DNA from: Dictyostelium discoideum
Taxonomy: Eukaryota
DNA length: 64,000 bases
Assembly: GCA_000004695.1 (NCBI GenBank)
Contig: CM000151.3
Span: forward strand, 3,712,001-3,776,000
Direction of reading: 5' to 3'
Positions 10,937 through 24,846 of this stretch are shown piece by piece; within the stretch, counting starts at the first letter, position 1, and each line of letters starts with the position of its first letter. The position numbers and the translations under genes were made by a program. The notes under the pieces are model-generated. The model saw only the letters and a program-made list of their open reading frames with translations. It had not been told where the DNA came from and did not search any database.

Positions 10937-12295
10937 TTAATTATAATAAATTATCTGAATTTTTTTATTATTTAGATTATTATAATTTTTTAATAAATTT
11001 AAAGATTGGAAAGAATTATGAAACATTAATATTTCTATCGAAGATGGTAAATGATTTAAATTGATTTCTTTTGAATATAAAGGACCAAACTTTAAATGAG
11101 TTAAACCATCAGGTAAACAATTTGCATTAATTTGTTGATTGAAAAAGTGACTAAATATAATTGATTTTAAATTTCCATTCTTTGGTAAACTAAATTCATT
11201 CAATGGTTGATTCCATTTTAGTCCAAAATCGATTTCAGTTACTGAACAAGGTATTTGTTCCATTGAGATTTCTCTATTAAATTGCACACCGAATTTAACT
11301 TTTAAAACTGAATTTGGTATAGTTCCAACCATTATCTCATCGTTAAAATATTTATCAAATTTAAATATTTTAATTGAATTTGGATATTTATTAATTTTAT
11401 TATTATTTTTATTATTTACATTATTATTTTTATTATTATATACACTATTACCACCAATTTTTAATTTTTCAACACCATTTGGTATGTATTGAATTGGTTG
11501 ATTATAGGATAAACCAAATGATATTGATTTTAAATTACCAGATAATGGTAAAACACCCAATGATAAAGGACAATTGAAATTTTTACCAAATTTTAGGCAG
11601 GTTAGACTCGGTGGTAATGAATTAATTTGAATATCTTGATTAAATGATTCACCAAATTCCAATGAAGTCAATGATGATGAATTTGGTGAGAATGAATTTT
11701 GATTAATCGCTTGATTAAATGAATAACCAAATGTTATCTTTTTTACAGAGTTTGGGAATATATTATTATTATTATAATTATTATTATTTTTAAAATTAAT
11801 TAATGATAATGGTTCGTCAAAATAAAAACTAAATGTAATATGTTGTAAATATTCTCTATATTGAAAATTAAGTAACGATTTTAAATCATTAAATTCAAAA
11901 CTTGAATAAAGGTTATATAAACGTTGATGAAATAGTATTTCATTCTTTAAGAAAAAGTTTCTCCAAACTTTCCAAAATAATAATTCTTTATAATCAGTAT
12001 TATTTGAATTATAAATTGTAAATTTTGAATCAGACATTGATATAATTTTAATATTTCCAACATTTTCATTTGAAAATGAAATAATTTTATCTTCAATTAA
12101 TTTTTCATTATTTAAATTTAATAATGATGATTCACATGATGACGATGACGATGATGATGATGGTGTTGATGTTAATGTATATGGTGATGAAGATGAAATA
12201 TTTGATTTTTCCATACAATTTAATTTTCTTTTTTTATCACTTCTATTATCAATATTATTATTAATATTATTTGTGTGATTTGAAAAATTAATAAA

Positions 12296-12350
<55 letters not shown>

Positions 12351-12499
12351 GATTGTTGTTGATGAATTTTATTAAAATGATTTATAGTGGTTGTATTATT
12401 AAAATTATTATTATTGCTATTATTTAATTGAGTTTCCGTTGTAATTATTGTATTTGTATAATAATTTGTATTTCTACTTTTAAAACGACTAAACTTCAT
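10937..12499 (-). CDS. FNIP-repeat-containing protein (520 aa) with N-terminal poly-N/poly-S low complexity; tandem paralog of 9083..10555
   Basis: FNIP units (ITFGYSFNQAI.., LEFGESFNQDI.., LKFGKNFNCPL..). Same strand as its neighbour. Confidence 0.8.
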
Positions 12500-12919
12500 T
12501 ATACTTTGAAATGTGTGTGGATGTGTGTTGGTAAAAATTTTAATTTATTTTAATCTATTTTTTTTTTTTTTATTATTTTTATTTTTTTTTTTTAAATTAT
12601 ATATGTAAAATAATAAAAAAATAAAAAAATAAAAAAATAAAGGTTACAATTACAAATTAATTATTTTTATAATAATAGAACTGCTATTCATTTAAATTTT
12701 TGGTAAAAAAGAAGGAAAATAGATTGGAGGGGAGAATGGAAAAAAAAAAAAAAAAAAAAAAAATAAATAAGGGGTTTTAAAAATTTTGTACAAATTATTT
12801 TAAATAATTAAATTATTTTTATTATTTTTTTTATTAATTTTAATATTTTTATTATTGCCCATTTATTTTATTAAATATATAGTATTAATGTAGTTTCAAC
12901 CGTTTTTATTAAATTGAAT

Positions 12920-12955
<36 letters not shown>

Positions 12956-13500
12956 AATAAAGAATAGACAAATAAAGAATTGAAATGATATAAAGAGGAA
13001 AAAAAAACAATAATTGGAATAAACTCGTTCGATTTAAAATTAAAATGTTTATTGGATTTTTTTACTGAAATTGGGAAATTGTGGGAAGGGGATGTTTTTG
13101 TTGTTATTATTTTTATTATTTTTATTGCTTTTGTTATAGGTAATTAAAAGAATAGATCTAATTTAACACACACAAAAAAAAAACTTTATACCACACATAC
13201 ATATAGATTTTCTTTTTATTTATTTTTATTTGAATATTTATATTTAATTTTTAATTTTTAATTTATTTTAAAAAAAAAAAAAATATATAAAAAAATTATT
13301 TTTTTTTATTTTGAGTTATTTTTATTTTTATTTTTTTTTTTATAAAAAAAGTGGGTGGTAACATTTAAACTGTTGTGCTAGATCTATATTTTTTTTTTTT
13401 TTTGTTTTTTTTTTTTTTTAATTTTTATTTTTTTTATTTTTATTTTTTTTTTTTTTTTTTTTTTTTAACTTTGAACCATATCAACTTATGATAGTTAACA

Positions 13501-13516
13501 TTGGGTGGTGTGAGGT
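13501..13516. promoter_or_regulatory. G-box-like element ttgggtggtgtgaggt in the divergent promoter between the FNIP gene (12499, minus) and the 14636 gene (plus)
   Basis: Related G/T-rich motifs recur at 13351-13360 (gtgggtggta), 13901-13915 (gggatgtggtgagac) and 14220-14246 (gggtggtgtttttctgtggtgagacac). The 11-mer tgtggtgagac occurs twice. Confidence 0.3.
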
Positions 13517-14635
13517 TTAAATTGAAAATATCTTTTTTTATTTCCAAAAACCAATTTTTTGATTAAAAATAAAATAATCGAAAAAAAAAAAAAAAAAAAT
13601 TATATCAATAATAATTTTAAAAATTTTATTTAGTTTTATAATTACATTTAATTGGACTTGTTTTAAAAATAGTTCAGGTGGCTCAGGAAAATCGAATTTA
13701 TATATTTTTTACTATTTTTATTTTTTTTTTTTTTTTTTTTTTTTTAATTATTTAAAAAATTTAAAAATAAAAAAAAAAATATATAAAAAATAAGGAAAAA
13801 ATTATAAAAATTAAAAAAATAAATAACTTTGTTTTTAATTAATTTTAAAAATTGAAATTGATTTAATATTTCTAATTTTACAAATTATTTCTAAATAACT
13901 GGGATGTGGTGAGACTTTAAATTTAAATTTAAAAAAAAAAATTTAAATTCTTTAAACAAAAGGAATTTTTCAAATATTTTGTTTTTTTATTAATTTTAAT
14001 TTTTTTTTATTTTTTCCTTTTTAAAAAAAAAAACAATAATAAAATAAAATTAAAATATGATACTCATGTTATAAGATAAATAATTATTTTTATGATGAAA
14101 AGACAACATAAATAATTTATATTTTATTTTTTTTTAAATAAAAAAAAAAAAAAATAAAAAAAAATAATAAAAAAAAAAAATAATAAAAAAATAATAATGA
14201 AATGTTTTTTTTTTTTTTTGGGTGGTGTTTTTCTGTGGTGAGACACAAAAAGTAATAAAATAAATAAAATAATAAAATTAAAATTTTTATTGGTTGATAA
14301 AATTTAACAACATTGCACCTTCTTTAATTATATATTTACAAAAAAAAAAAAAAAATTAATATCATTTAAAATAGTGAAAATTGGATTGGGGTTCAATTAA
14401 CCAATAAATTGCGCCTTTTTTTTTTTTTTTTTTTTATTTTTTTTTTTTTTTTTTTTTCATTTTTTTTTATTTTTTTTTTTTTTATTTTTTAATTTTCATA
14501 CGCAGAACACTTAAACACAATAAAATACCACCCACTCAACACAGATTATTTAAATTACATTTAAAAAAATAAAAAAAATAAATAAAAAAAACTTTAAAAC
14601 CAAGGAAAATCTTTTGTTTTTAAAAAAAACTAAAA

Positions 14636-14731
14636 ATGGAAACAATAAATAAACCAAATAAATTAAAAATCAAAGAGAACTATATAAACCAATTGGATCT
14701 TTCTTTTCAATTTTCTCAATCTCAATTTTTA

Positions 14732-14793
<62 letters not shown>

Positions 14794-15177
14794 TGAAGAA
14801 TTAAATGAAAATGAAAAAATTGAACTAGAGAATTATTTGAAGGAATTAAAGCAAATGATGCTTGAACAATTTAAAGACAATGTTGAAATAATTGTTACAA
14901 ATTTAGAAGATTCAAAAGAAATTAAAAATCAAAATGAAAAACAACAACAACAACAACAAAAACCAAGTTTAGTTTCAAAAGTTTTAAAAATTGAAACAGA
15001 AGTTGCAGATCCATCAATGATTCAACAAGCATCTACATTACAAAAACAATTAGAATCATTAGTAACAAAAGTCACCCAACTTAGACAAGATGTACCTTCA
15101 ATTATACAAGCTGAAATATCTCAAAATCTTCAAAAATCTTCATTATTAATTAATAATTCAACAAATTTAACAACAAT

Positions 15178-15208
<31 letters not shown>

Positions 15209-15463
15209 CCAATTAATAATAATAATAATAATAAAAAAGGAAATAATAATAAAAAAGGAAAAGAAATTGAACAACATAATGTGGTAGTTGATGAAAATAA
15301 AGAATTAGAAGACTATCATGAATCAGTGTTGACAATTGTTACCAATGTTTCTGAAAATATTGAATCCATTTCAACTGATTCATTAGAAATTAAAAAGAAA
15401 ATCAATGATGTTTTGGAGAAATCTAAACAAACTATTGAAGTTACAAGAATACTTTTAAAATAA
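14636..15463 (+). CDS. Hypothetical N/Q/T-rich coiled-coil protein (275 aa)
   Basis: ATG-initiated ORF with Dictyostelium codon usage; no diagnostic motif recognised. Confidence 0.6.
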
Positions 15464-15726
15464 TTCTATATATATATGTCTATATATGGTCTATATCTAT
15501 ACAAATATATAAATATAAATATATAAATATAAAATATAATTAATTAAAATAATAATTAAAATAATAATATAAATAATACCAATAATATTTATAATAACAA
15601 CATGTATTAAAAAAAAAAAAAAAAAAACTACCGATAATAATAATTAAATAATAATAATAATAATTACAACAATAGTTCAAATGATAATAATATATTATTG
15701 TTATTATCATACTTGCTCATTACATC

Positions 15727-15778
<52 letters not shown>

Positions 15779-16587
15779 GTAATAACAATTTTATTAATAT
15801 TAATATTAATATTAATTATAATTATTATAATCATCATTATCATTATCATCATCATCACCATCAATTACATATATGTCAATATTATATATAGATTTTTTTT
15901 ATAGATCATTAGATGCACATATTATTTATTTAATTATTTTAAATGATTTGTAATCAATTTACAATATATGCTCGCTCACTCACTCACTCACTCAGTCGGT
16001 CAGTCACACATAGGTAATAGATAGATTATTATCATCACCTTTTTGTAAAATAATATCTACAAATTTGGAATAATCAATTTATACAAATTGTGGGTTTTTT
16101 ATTTTTTTATTTTTTTTTTAATTTACATATGTATAAATAAATCTACACCCTATATTTTTAATGGTGAGGTGGATATTGTTTTTTGGTAGTAATAGTAGTA
16201 GTATTAGTAGTAGTATTAGTAGTAGAAGTAGTAGTTTATAGTGGCAACAATATTTGTAGAGAGGGTGGTAAAAGTGGTAAAAGTGGTAAATGGTTTATTT
16301 TTTTATTTTTTTATTTAAGGAGAATTATTTATTAACCAAAATAAGACTTAAATAACAATTAATAAACAGAACAGATAATAAAAAAAAAATTTTAAAAAAA
16401 TACTTATTTTATATAAAAACAAAAACAAAAAATAAAAAATATTAAATTCAAAATTATTTGTTGAATAGGTGTATTTATTTAAATTTTATTATTAAACTTT
16501 TTTTTTTTTTTTTTTTTTTTCCTTTTACTTTTATTTTTTTTTTTTTCCTTTTAAATCTCATAAGAATAAAAATTATCTCAAATGTAT

Positions 16588-16623
<36 letters not shown>

Positions 16624-17104
16624 ATAATAAGAATCGGATAATATGTGTTAAATTTTTTTTTTTTTTTTTTCCAAGCAAGAAATGTTTGAAAATAACACTT
16701 CTCAAGTTTTCTTAATATGGTAAGATTAAAAAAGGAAGAAATCAATCTATTAAAAATAAAATTTTGATTAATAATAGCTATAGAACTTTAATTATTTTTT
16801 TTTACTTTTAATTACAAATTCAATTATTTTATTAATTTTTTTTACTTTAAAAACTCAGAAAAAAAAAAAAAAAAAAATAGAAATCATCATCATTTATAAT
16901 TAAAAAAAAAAAATAAAAATATAAAAAATATAAAAAAAAATAAAAAAATAATAAAAAATTTAATCAGTGATTTTATAAAGGATTTATTTTTTTTTTTTTT
17001 TTTTTTTTTTTTTTGTGATATTATCATCTTTCACGAAGATAAAAAAAAAAAAAAAGTGTGTGAAAATGTTTTTGATGATCGAATAGAGCTTTCATCATTA
17101 AATA

Positions 17105-17138
<34 letters not shown>

Positions 17139-18140
17139 TTTAAAAAATTAAAAAAAATAGGTAAAAGTTAAATAAAAAAAAAAAATAAAAAAAAAAAATA
17201 AAAATTAAACTCCTTTTAACATTTTTTAAATTATATTATATTAACTGGTAATAAATTTATATTCTTTTTTTATATAATTATTTTTTTTAAACGTTTTGAT
17301 TGCCCACCAAAAAATTAAAAATTAAAAATTAAATATTTATAAATTATTAGTTTGACAACCGGTTGACCTATTTTTTTATTTTTTTAATAGAATTTCAGAA
17401 AAAATCATTATCTATTTTTTCTTTTTTCTTTTTTCTTTTTTCTCTTTTTTCAATCGGTTATTTACCATTTATATATTTATATATAATTATTATTATTATT
17501 TTTTTTTTTTTTTTTTGAATTTATTTTTTTAAATTATTTTAATTTTTTTTTTTTATTTTTATTTTTAATTTTTATTTTAATTTTAATTTTAATTTTAATT
17601 TTAATTTTAATTTAAAATAATCATTAAAAAATATTATTCGGCAAAATAAAAAATAAATTATTAAACAATCATAAGAAATATAATTCTCGTCCACTTCAAA
17701 ACATTGGTTTAATAATCACCCTTTCTCTTAGTGATCAATGTTGTAAATTGTAAAAAATAAAATAAAAAATAAAAAAAGAAACAAAGAAAAATCATAAAAT
17801 TATGGAGGGATATCTACAAATCATTATATTTGATACTTAAAAAATTTTGTATTTTAAAATAATGCCAAAGTCACTTCCGAATAAGCCTTTTTTTCAAATT
17901 TTTTTTAAAAAAAATAAAAAAAAAAAAACTAAAAAAAAAAAAGTAAAATAAAAACCACAATTAATCTGAAAAAATTATTTTTAATTTGTAAATCCCATAT
18001 CAATTTCAAAAAATGTGTCAATTTGGACCATTAATAATACCAAGAAATTATTGTTATTATTATAAAAAATTTAAATAATAAATAAATAAATTAAATAAAT
18101 AAATAAAAATAATCAAATATATTTTTTTTTTTTTTATTAT

Positions 18141-18174
<34 letters not shown>

Positions 18175-18637
18175 GGCCGGTTCACAGAAAAAAAAAAAAA
18201 AAAAAAAAATAAAAATAAAAAAAAAAAAAATAAAAATAAAAAAAAAAATAAATAAAATTTAAACTAATTATTGCTTCTAAAATTAAAAATAAAAATATAG
18301 ACTTTAAAATAGCCATTTTAAATACGTTTTTAAAATCTCTCGATAATCACATTAATTTTTTTTTTTTTTTTTTTTTTCAAATTTTTTTTTTTTTTTTATT
18401 TTTTTATTTTTTTTTTTTTTAAAGCATTATCAGACATTCACAAATACACACACAAACACACATTTTTCACTAATTCACATACAATTTAGAGATAAACATA
18501 AAAAAAATCTTTAAAATAATAATAAAAAAATTAATAAATAAAAATAAAAATAAAAATAAAAATAAAAATAAAAATAAAAACAAACAAATAAATAAAAAAC
18601 TTTGTTATTGTGTGAATTACCATAGTTATAGTTTGTC

Positions 18638-18671
<34 letters not shown>

Positions 18672-18946
18672 TTAAAAAACTTTGTACAATAGTAATAATT
18701 TAAAAAAATTAATCATAGTATTTTAAAAAAATTAACAATATAATAAATAAAACAATAGAATAATTAATAATTAATAATAAAAAAAAAAAAAAAAAAAAAA
18801 ATAAAATTATAAATAAATAAAATAAAATAAAAAAAAAAAGGGACTCAATTAAATCTTTACTGGTTTAAAATTATTTTTAATAAAATAAAATAATAACAAA
18901 TAATAAAACCATACAATAACAATAACAACAACAACAACAACAACAA

Positions 18947-19550
18947 ATGGTATCAACAACAGTTGAAACACCAACAAATAAACAAACAAATGTCACAATA
19001 GCAAAACCTAATAGTAATAATAATAATAACAAGATAACATCAACAAACACACCATTGGCATCATCACCAAATAGTCCACATAGTGTTAGTAGTAATGGTA
19101 AATCAGATGATATATTCACTGATGAAGATGATGATGATTATTCATCAGATGACGATTCAAGTGATGAAGATACTGAAAATCCAATTGATAAAGAAAAATC
19201 AAAACAGTTAAGAAGAAATGATAGTGTTTCAAAATATAGAGCAAAGAAATTATTAGAGGCAATGAATGGCAATGGTAATGGTAATAGTAGTGAAGATAGT
19301 AATGATGAGAAAAGATCATCACCAATACCTTTAATCGATTCACCACATCCATTAAGATCAAATAGTATTACAAGAAATAATATATCATTAATAGATTCTC
19401 AAGTTATATTTCAACCAAATACAAACACAACAACAACTACCTCAACAACAACCACTGCTGCTACAACACCTTCAAATAGTAATACCAGAGCTACTACTAC
19501 TACTACTACTACTTTACCAGCAATATCAAAATTAAATATTGACCAAACAT

Positions 19551-19631
<81 letters not shown>

Positions 19632-20019
19632 TTAATAATAATAATATTAATAATATTAATAATAATTCAAATAAATTACCAGTACCAGCAATTGTTATAC
19701 CACCAAGTAGTATACAAGAGAATAAAAAGAAAAGACAATCATTAGATTCAGATGATGAAGATTTTGGGTATGATGATAATTTACAATTTAAATTAATTAA
19801 TTTTCAAAGAAGTCCACGTGGAACATTGACAGGTAATGATGGTCTTAGACCAATTAATAATCCAATTCCAAAGAGACCTGTACTTCAAGTTGACCCATCT
19901 CAAGAATTAATTAATATAGCATTAATTGCATTAAGAACTAGTTTAAGAATTGGTTTTGATAGAATTGATTCTTTAACTCAACCACAATTTGAGCATTTTA
20001 AAAAATATAAAATTTCAAT
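18947..20019 (+). CDS. Phosphatidylinositol phosphate kinase (PIPK) gene, exon 1 (long S/T/N-rich N-terminus, start of kinase core ...LINIALIALRTSLRIGFDRI...)
   Basis: ATG at 18947. Donor at|gtaagt at 20020 (phase 2). The supplied ORF ends in a stop lying inside the donor. Confidence 0.7.
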
Positions 20020-20062
20020 GTAAGTAGATTAGAAAAATAACAATAATTTAAATCCGAAGAAA

Positions 20063-20093
<31 letters not shown>

Positions 20094-20104
20094 AATCTCT
20101 TCTT

Positions 20105-20152
<48 letters not shown>

Positions 20153-20191
20153 CCCGATTTAAAAATATTGTTATTTTCTGACTACTCACAG

Positions 20192-20432
20192 TTCAGAAAA
20201 GAAATCAACAATTAAAGATTTTTCACCAAATGTTTTTCAAGTTTTAAGAAATCGATTAGGAATTGATCAAACTGAATTCTTAAAATCTTGGTCTTCTTTT
20301 GTATCACATGATGTTGGAAAAAAGAAAGAAAATAAATCTTCAAATAGTACGAACACGACAACAACATCATCATCATCATCATCATCAACTAGTACTGCAC
20401 AATCACCAAATTTTAATAGTAGTAATAGTAGC

Positions 20433-20470
<38 letters not shown>

Positions 20471-20846
20471 ACCAATCATTACAACAACAGCACCACCAAC
20501 AACAACAGCAGCAACAACAACAACAACGGTAACATCAAATTCAACAACAACAGCAACAACAACAGTAAATTCAACAACACAAACAGGTCAATCATTAAAT
20601 AGCGAATCATTTACAATTTTTTCAGCAGATAGAAAGTTTATAATGAAAACGATATCAAAATCAGATTCAGTTAAATTAAGAAAATTATTACCACATTACT
20701 ATAATTATTTAGTTTATAATCCAAATGCATTTTTAGAGAAATATTTAGGACTTTATAGAGTTGGTAATAGTTCAACTCATGCCTATGTTGTATTATTATC
20801 AAATCCATTCGAACATCATTTTTCAATACCTGATTCTTTTATTTAT
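20192..20846 (+). CDS. PIPK gene, exon 2 (IKDFSPNVFQVLRNRLGIDQTEF ... FIMKTISKSDSVKLRKLLPHYYNYLVYNPNAFLEKYLGLYRV)
   Basis: Acceptor cacag| at 20190-20191 restores frame. The sequence matches PIP5K core motifs (FR.LRE.FGID..DY; F.IKT.S..E...L...L..Y..H...N.TLL.KF.G.Y...). Donor tat|gtatgt at 20847. Confidence 0.75.
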
Positions 20847-20939
20847 GTATGTAATAGGTGTAATAGGATCTCCATGAAAATTTAAAATTATAATAAATAT
20901 TAACATATATTAATATACTTGATTACTTGTTATTTATAG

Positions 20940-21164
20940 AGCGGTTTAGGAAGAAGTGGTTCAGAATCACCATCAACTTCATCATCACCAACTTTAGGTG
21001 GTAGAAAATTTAATAAATCATCATCATCATCATCATCATCATCCTCTTCAGGAACACAACAATCATCTTCATCATCTTCTTCTTCATCACAAAAATCTAT
21101 TAGTTTAAATTTAGATGTAGTAGCAAGAGTTCCAATGTTTAAACAAATTGAAAAAGATATTACT
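20940..21164 (+). CDS. PIPK gene, exon 3 (Ser-rich insert)
   Basis: Acceptor ttatag| at 20939; donor act|gtatgt at 21165; phase 0 on both sides. Confidence 0.6.
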
Positions 21165-21212
21165 GTATGTAGTAGTAGTAATTTTAAAAATAATTAATTA
21201 ATCCATTATATC

Positions 21213-21295
<83 letters not shown>

Positions 21296-21310
21296 TTATT
21301 TTTTAAATAG

Positions 21311-21420
21311 TTTTTATCAGGTCAAGAATTTATGGAATATAATTTAGTTATAGGTGTTACAAAAATTAGAAAAGATCATTTAGAAAATAATATAAATAAT
21401 GCGAATAATATGAATAATGC

Positions 21421-21455
<35 letters not shown>

Positions 21456-22597
21456 GTAATAATATTAATAATAATAATAATAATAATAATTTTAATAATG
21501 GTATAATTAGTAGTAGTTCAGAAGATACTTTAAGTAATTTTTCAATAACAAGTGCGCCACCAACACCAAGAGGTGTAAATAGTTTTTTAGGAGCTTTAAA
21601 TGGAAATGGTGGAGATTCACCATTGCTTGGTAATAGTGGTGGTATACCTCCCCCACCATCTTCATTGGGTGGTGGTGGTGGTTCAACATCAGGATCACCA
21701 CGTTATTCAAGTGAGCCAATTAAATCAATTCCACGTTTACTTTACTTTTTAGAGGATGTTGAAAATGTAACTAAATCAAATAATTTAAAGATTTCAAAAT
21801 CTTTAAAGAAAGCATTCTCAACATTACCAAGATCTTGGTCTTTAGAAGATGTAGTTATAAATTTAGAAGATAATACACCAATAGTTTTAACAAGTTCAAC
21901 TCCACCAATTATAACAAATAGTGGGAATAATATTAATAGTAATAATAATAATAATAATATTAATAATAATAATAATAATTCAACTAATAATGCAAATCAT
22001 ATTAATCATGGTTTATTAAGAGCATCAATGAATGGTAATAATAATAATAACAATAATAATAATAATGGTAGTAATATGTCAGTAAGTGCACCAACATCAC
22101 CAACAATTCAATCATCAGTACCAACAATAAATACAACTGCAGCAACAACAACATCATCAACACCATCACCATTGTCACCAAATTATAATAGATTAAATAT
22201 AAATTCAAAGAATAATAGTAGTGGTAGTTTAAAGACATGCTCACCAAGTGGTGGTGGTTACGTTCCAAATACTCCATTAGCTCAAAGATATCAAGGTGGT
22301 TATCTTTCAAATTGTTTTACTGTTAGTGAATCAAATAGTAATGGCAATAATAATAATAATAACAGCGGTAATGGAGTTCCACCAATTCCTTTAAATCCAT
22401 TATCACCAAATTTCAGTAGTGGTAACAGCAATAATAATGATTATTATGAAATTTATTATATGGTTATATCAGATTTTTATTTACCACCAAAATTAGTTGC
22501 TGATAAAAAGAAAATTACAACTATTAAATTTAATAATAATCCCAATATATATTTAAAAAAGTTTTTATCAAATATTAAAGAAGTATTTAATCACTAA
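21311..22597 (+). CDS. PIPK gene, exon 4 (FLSGQEFMEYNLVIGVTKIR = MDYSLLVGIH activation-loop region, long N/S-rich insert, C-terminal ...YYEIYYMVISDFY...)
   Basis: Acceptor aaatag| at 21310, in frame with ORF 21332..22597. The intron 21165..21310 contains (ATA)n. Confidence 0.75.
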
Positions 22598-22830
22598 TTG
22601 ATTTAAAAAAAAAAACAAATTTAAAGAAAAAGAAAAAAAAAAAAAACATCAAATAATATCTATAAAAAAAAAAAAAAAAAAAATAATAAATAAATAAATA
22701 AAAAATAAAAAAAAAAAAAAAAAAAAAAAATATTGTATTTATATATATATTATATTTAGAAAAAAAAAAAAAAAAAAAAAAATGTTTTCTCCATCTTTTT
22801 ATTTATTTAATTGATTAATAATTTTTTTAT

Positions 22831-24051
22831 TTATTCAAAAACAACTTCAGAAACAAAATAAGTATCAATTGGAGCAGGATTACAAATACGAGCTAAACTT
22901 TCAAATATTCTAAAACCAGTGAGTGGAACTATACCTTTATAAAAGTAAGATAAACCATTATGATGATAAAGTTGAATTGCTAAAGTGATTGGATTTATTG
23001 CAGCTGGCACTTCAACACCTTGAATATATGAAGAGATTAATTGACTTGGATAACAGGATGACAAGACATAGAGTGGTGCAGTTAAGGCTGATTTAATGAT
23101 TGATGTTGATATAACATTTGTAAGTAAATAAGATGAATACTTTATGAATGGATTAATGGTGTCTTGTCTTTCTTCAACGTAATTCTTTAATTTCAATGTT
23201 GAAAAATTTACAAATTTTCTAATTTGTTGAGATGCAATCATTAATGGAATTACATAAATTGCACCATAATATAAATTACTTAATGAGAATGAGTCAAAGA
23301 TACTATTAGATCTAAATGATACTTTGGTGAGTTCTGAAACACCATTTCTATTAATAAATGATTTAATAACATCTGCAACACCCATTGATAATGGTGATAG
23401 AATTAAACAATCCATTATCATTTTAACTGGATATGCTGTGAGTAAATGAGTGAGTTTATCAATGAATAATAATACTGGTTCGTCGTTATCTTCTTGATTT
23501 TTTCCTTTGGTGGTACTACCATCAATGAGTTTTTTAGAGAGTCCTAATAAAATCACTCTTAAGAATTCAATAGAAATGGTTGAAATGTTGAATATGAAAC
23601 CACGGTAGAATCCTCTAACACCTTTGAGTGAATAGAGTACTTTAACCATTTCATTGGTATCTTTAATAGTTAGTGTGAATGGTGAATTTGCTAAAATTGA
23701 TACATTTTGGAATGGAGTTGCTAATAATCTACAAAGGCTTGATAATAATCCAGTTTTAACATTTTTTAATGATTCAGCTAATTTCTTTTCTTGGATATCG
23801 GCTCTGGCTAAATATTCGTCATAGGCATTTCTATATTTTTCAGTACCTAATATTTTGAATGCATTTTCAATGGCTTCTATCTCTTTTGTAGTTTTAGTTT
23901 CTTCACTAACTAATTCATTATACTTTTTTTCAATTTTCTTTTTATCATCTTGAATTGTTGATTCTAAAACTTTATATGGGTCTCCAGTTTTTAATAAACT
24001 TTCTAATTCTCTAAATTCACTTTCACTTAATGGATTTTGAAATTCTGACAT
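22831..24051 (-). CDS. Hypothetical membrane protein with mitochondrial-carrier-like motifs (GFYRGF..., FYKGIVPLTGFRIFESLARI) and a J-domain-like N-terminal segment (DPYKVLE...KKYNEL) lacking HPD
   Basis: Minus ORF. The true ATG is at 24051 (MSEFQNPLSE...); the supplied ORF extends 46 codons upstream through low-complexity sequence. The functional call is tentative. Confidence 0.6.
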   Translation of the reverse strand: MSEFQNPLSESEFRELESLLKTGDPYKVLESTIQDDKKKIEKKYNELVSEETKTTKEIEAIENAFKILGTEKYRNAYDEYLARADIQEKKLAESLKNVKTGLLSSLCRLLATPFQNVSILANSPFTLTIKDTNEMVKVLYSLKGVRGFYRGFIFNISTISIEFLRVILLGLSKKLIDGSTTKGKNQEDNDEPVLLFIDKLTHLLTAYPVKMIMDCLILSPLSMGVADVIKSFINRNGVSELTKVSFRSNSIFDSFSLSNLYYGAIYVIPLMIASQQIRKFVNFSTLKLKNYVEERQDTINPFIKYSSYLLTNVISTSIIKSALTAPLYVLSSCYPSQLISSYIQGVEVPAAINPITLAIQLYHHNGLSYFYKGIVPLTGFRIFESLARICNPAPIDTYFVSEVVFE

Positions 24052-24521
24052 ATTTGGTATTTTGCGCAAATTGAAAAATAAAAAATGATTTAAAAAAACG
24101 AGTGAATTTATTAAAAAAAAATAGAAAAAAATAAAAAAAATAAAAAAAATTTTGCCAAACAAAAAAAAAAAAATTTGGCAAATCAACACATAATTATTAT
24201 TTTTTAGGATAATTATTTGAAAAATATTCTTATACTTTCAAAAATTGATTGATTGATTGGCAAGATCTTCAAAAAAAAAAAAAAAAATTAAAAAAACTAA
24301 AAATAAAAATAAAAATTATTAGTCAATTTTAGTTCAAATAAAAAAAAAAAAAAAACAAAAAATAGTTGGAGTTGTTTTTAAAACATCCACTATTTAATAT
24401 TTTAATTTTTTCAAATTATATTAATAAATAAAAACACCACACCAAAACACCTTGCAAAAACAAGGTATATAAAAATAAAAAAATAAATAAAAAAAAAAAA
24501 AAAAAAAAAATTTGAACAAAT

Positions 24522-24562
<41 letters not shown>

Positions 24563-24603
24563 CAAAAATTCATAAAAATCATTACAAAGAGAGATATAAT
24601 AAA

Positions 24604-24738
24604 ATGGAAAATCAAAACAATATATCAATACAAGATGTAATGTCTAAACCGACAGAATCAGAAACTAGTTTCACTAGTGATTTTAAAAAATCATTGAAAA
24701 ATTTTGGTGTCTCTGATCAAGGTATTAGTTTATTAGAT
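24604..24738 (+). CDS. Small coiled-coil protein, exon 1 (MENQNNISIQDVMSKPTESETSFTSDFKKSLKNFGVSDQGISLLD)
   Basis: ATG at 24604; donor gat|gtatga at 24739; not in the supplied ORF track, found by reading the plus strand. Confidence 0.5.
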
Positions 24739-24846
24739 GTATGAATTATTATTATTTTTTATTTTTTTATTTTTTATTTTTTAAAACATTTTTAATGATA
24801 ATAAAAACTCACATTAATAAAATATATATATAAATAAAATTAATAG

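Noticed and set aside
15664-18946. Possible unannotated genes in the 3.3-kb AT-rich interval upstream of the PIPK gene
   Set aside because: Only homopolymer-derived ORFs are found (poly-I, poly-F, poly-K), together with (CACT)n and (GTAGTA)n microsatellites. No frame has coding-like composition. It is treated as intergenic/promoter sequence.
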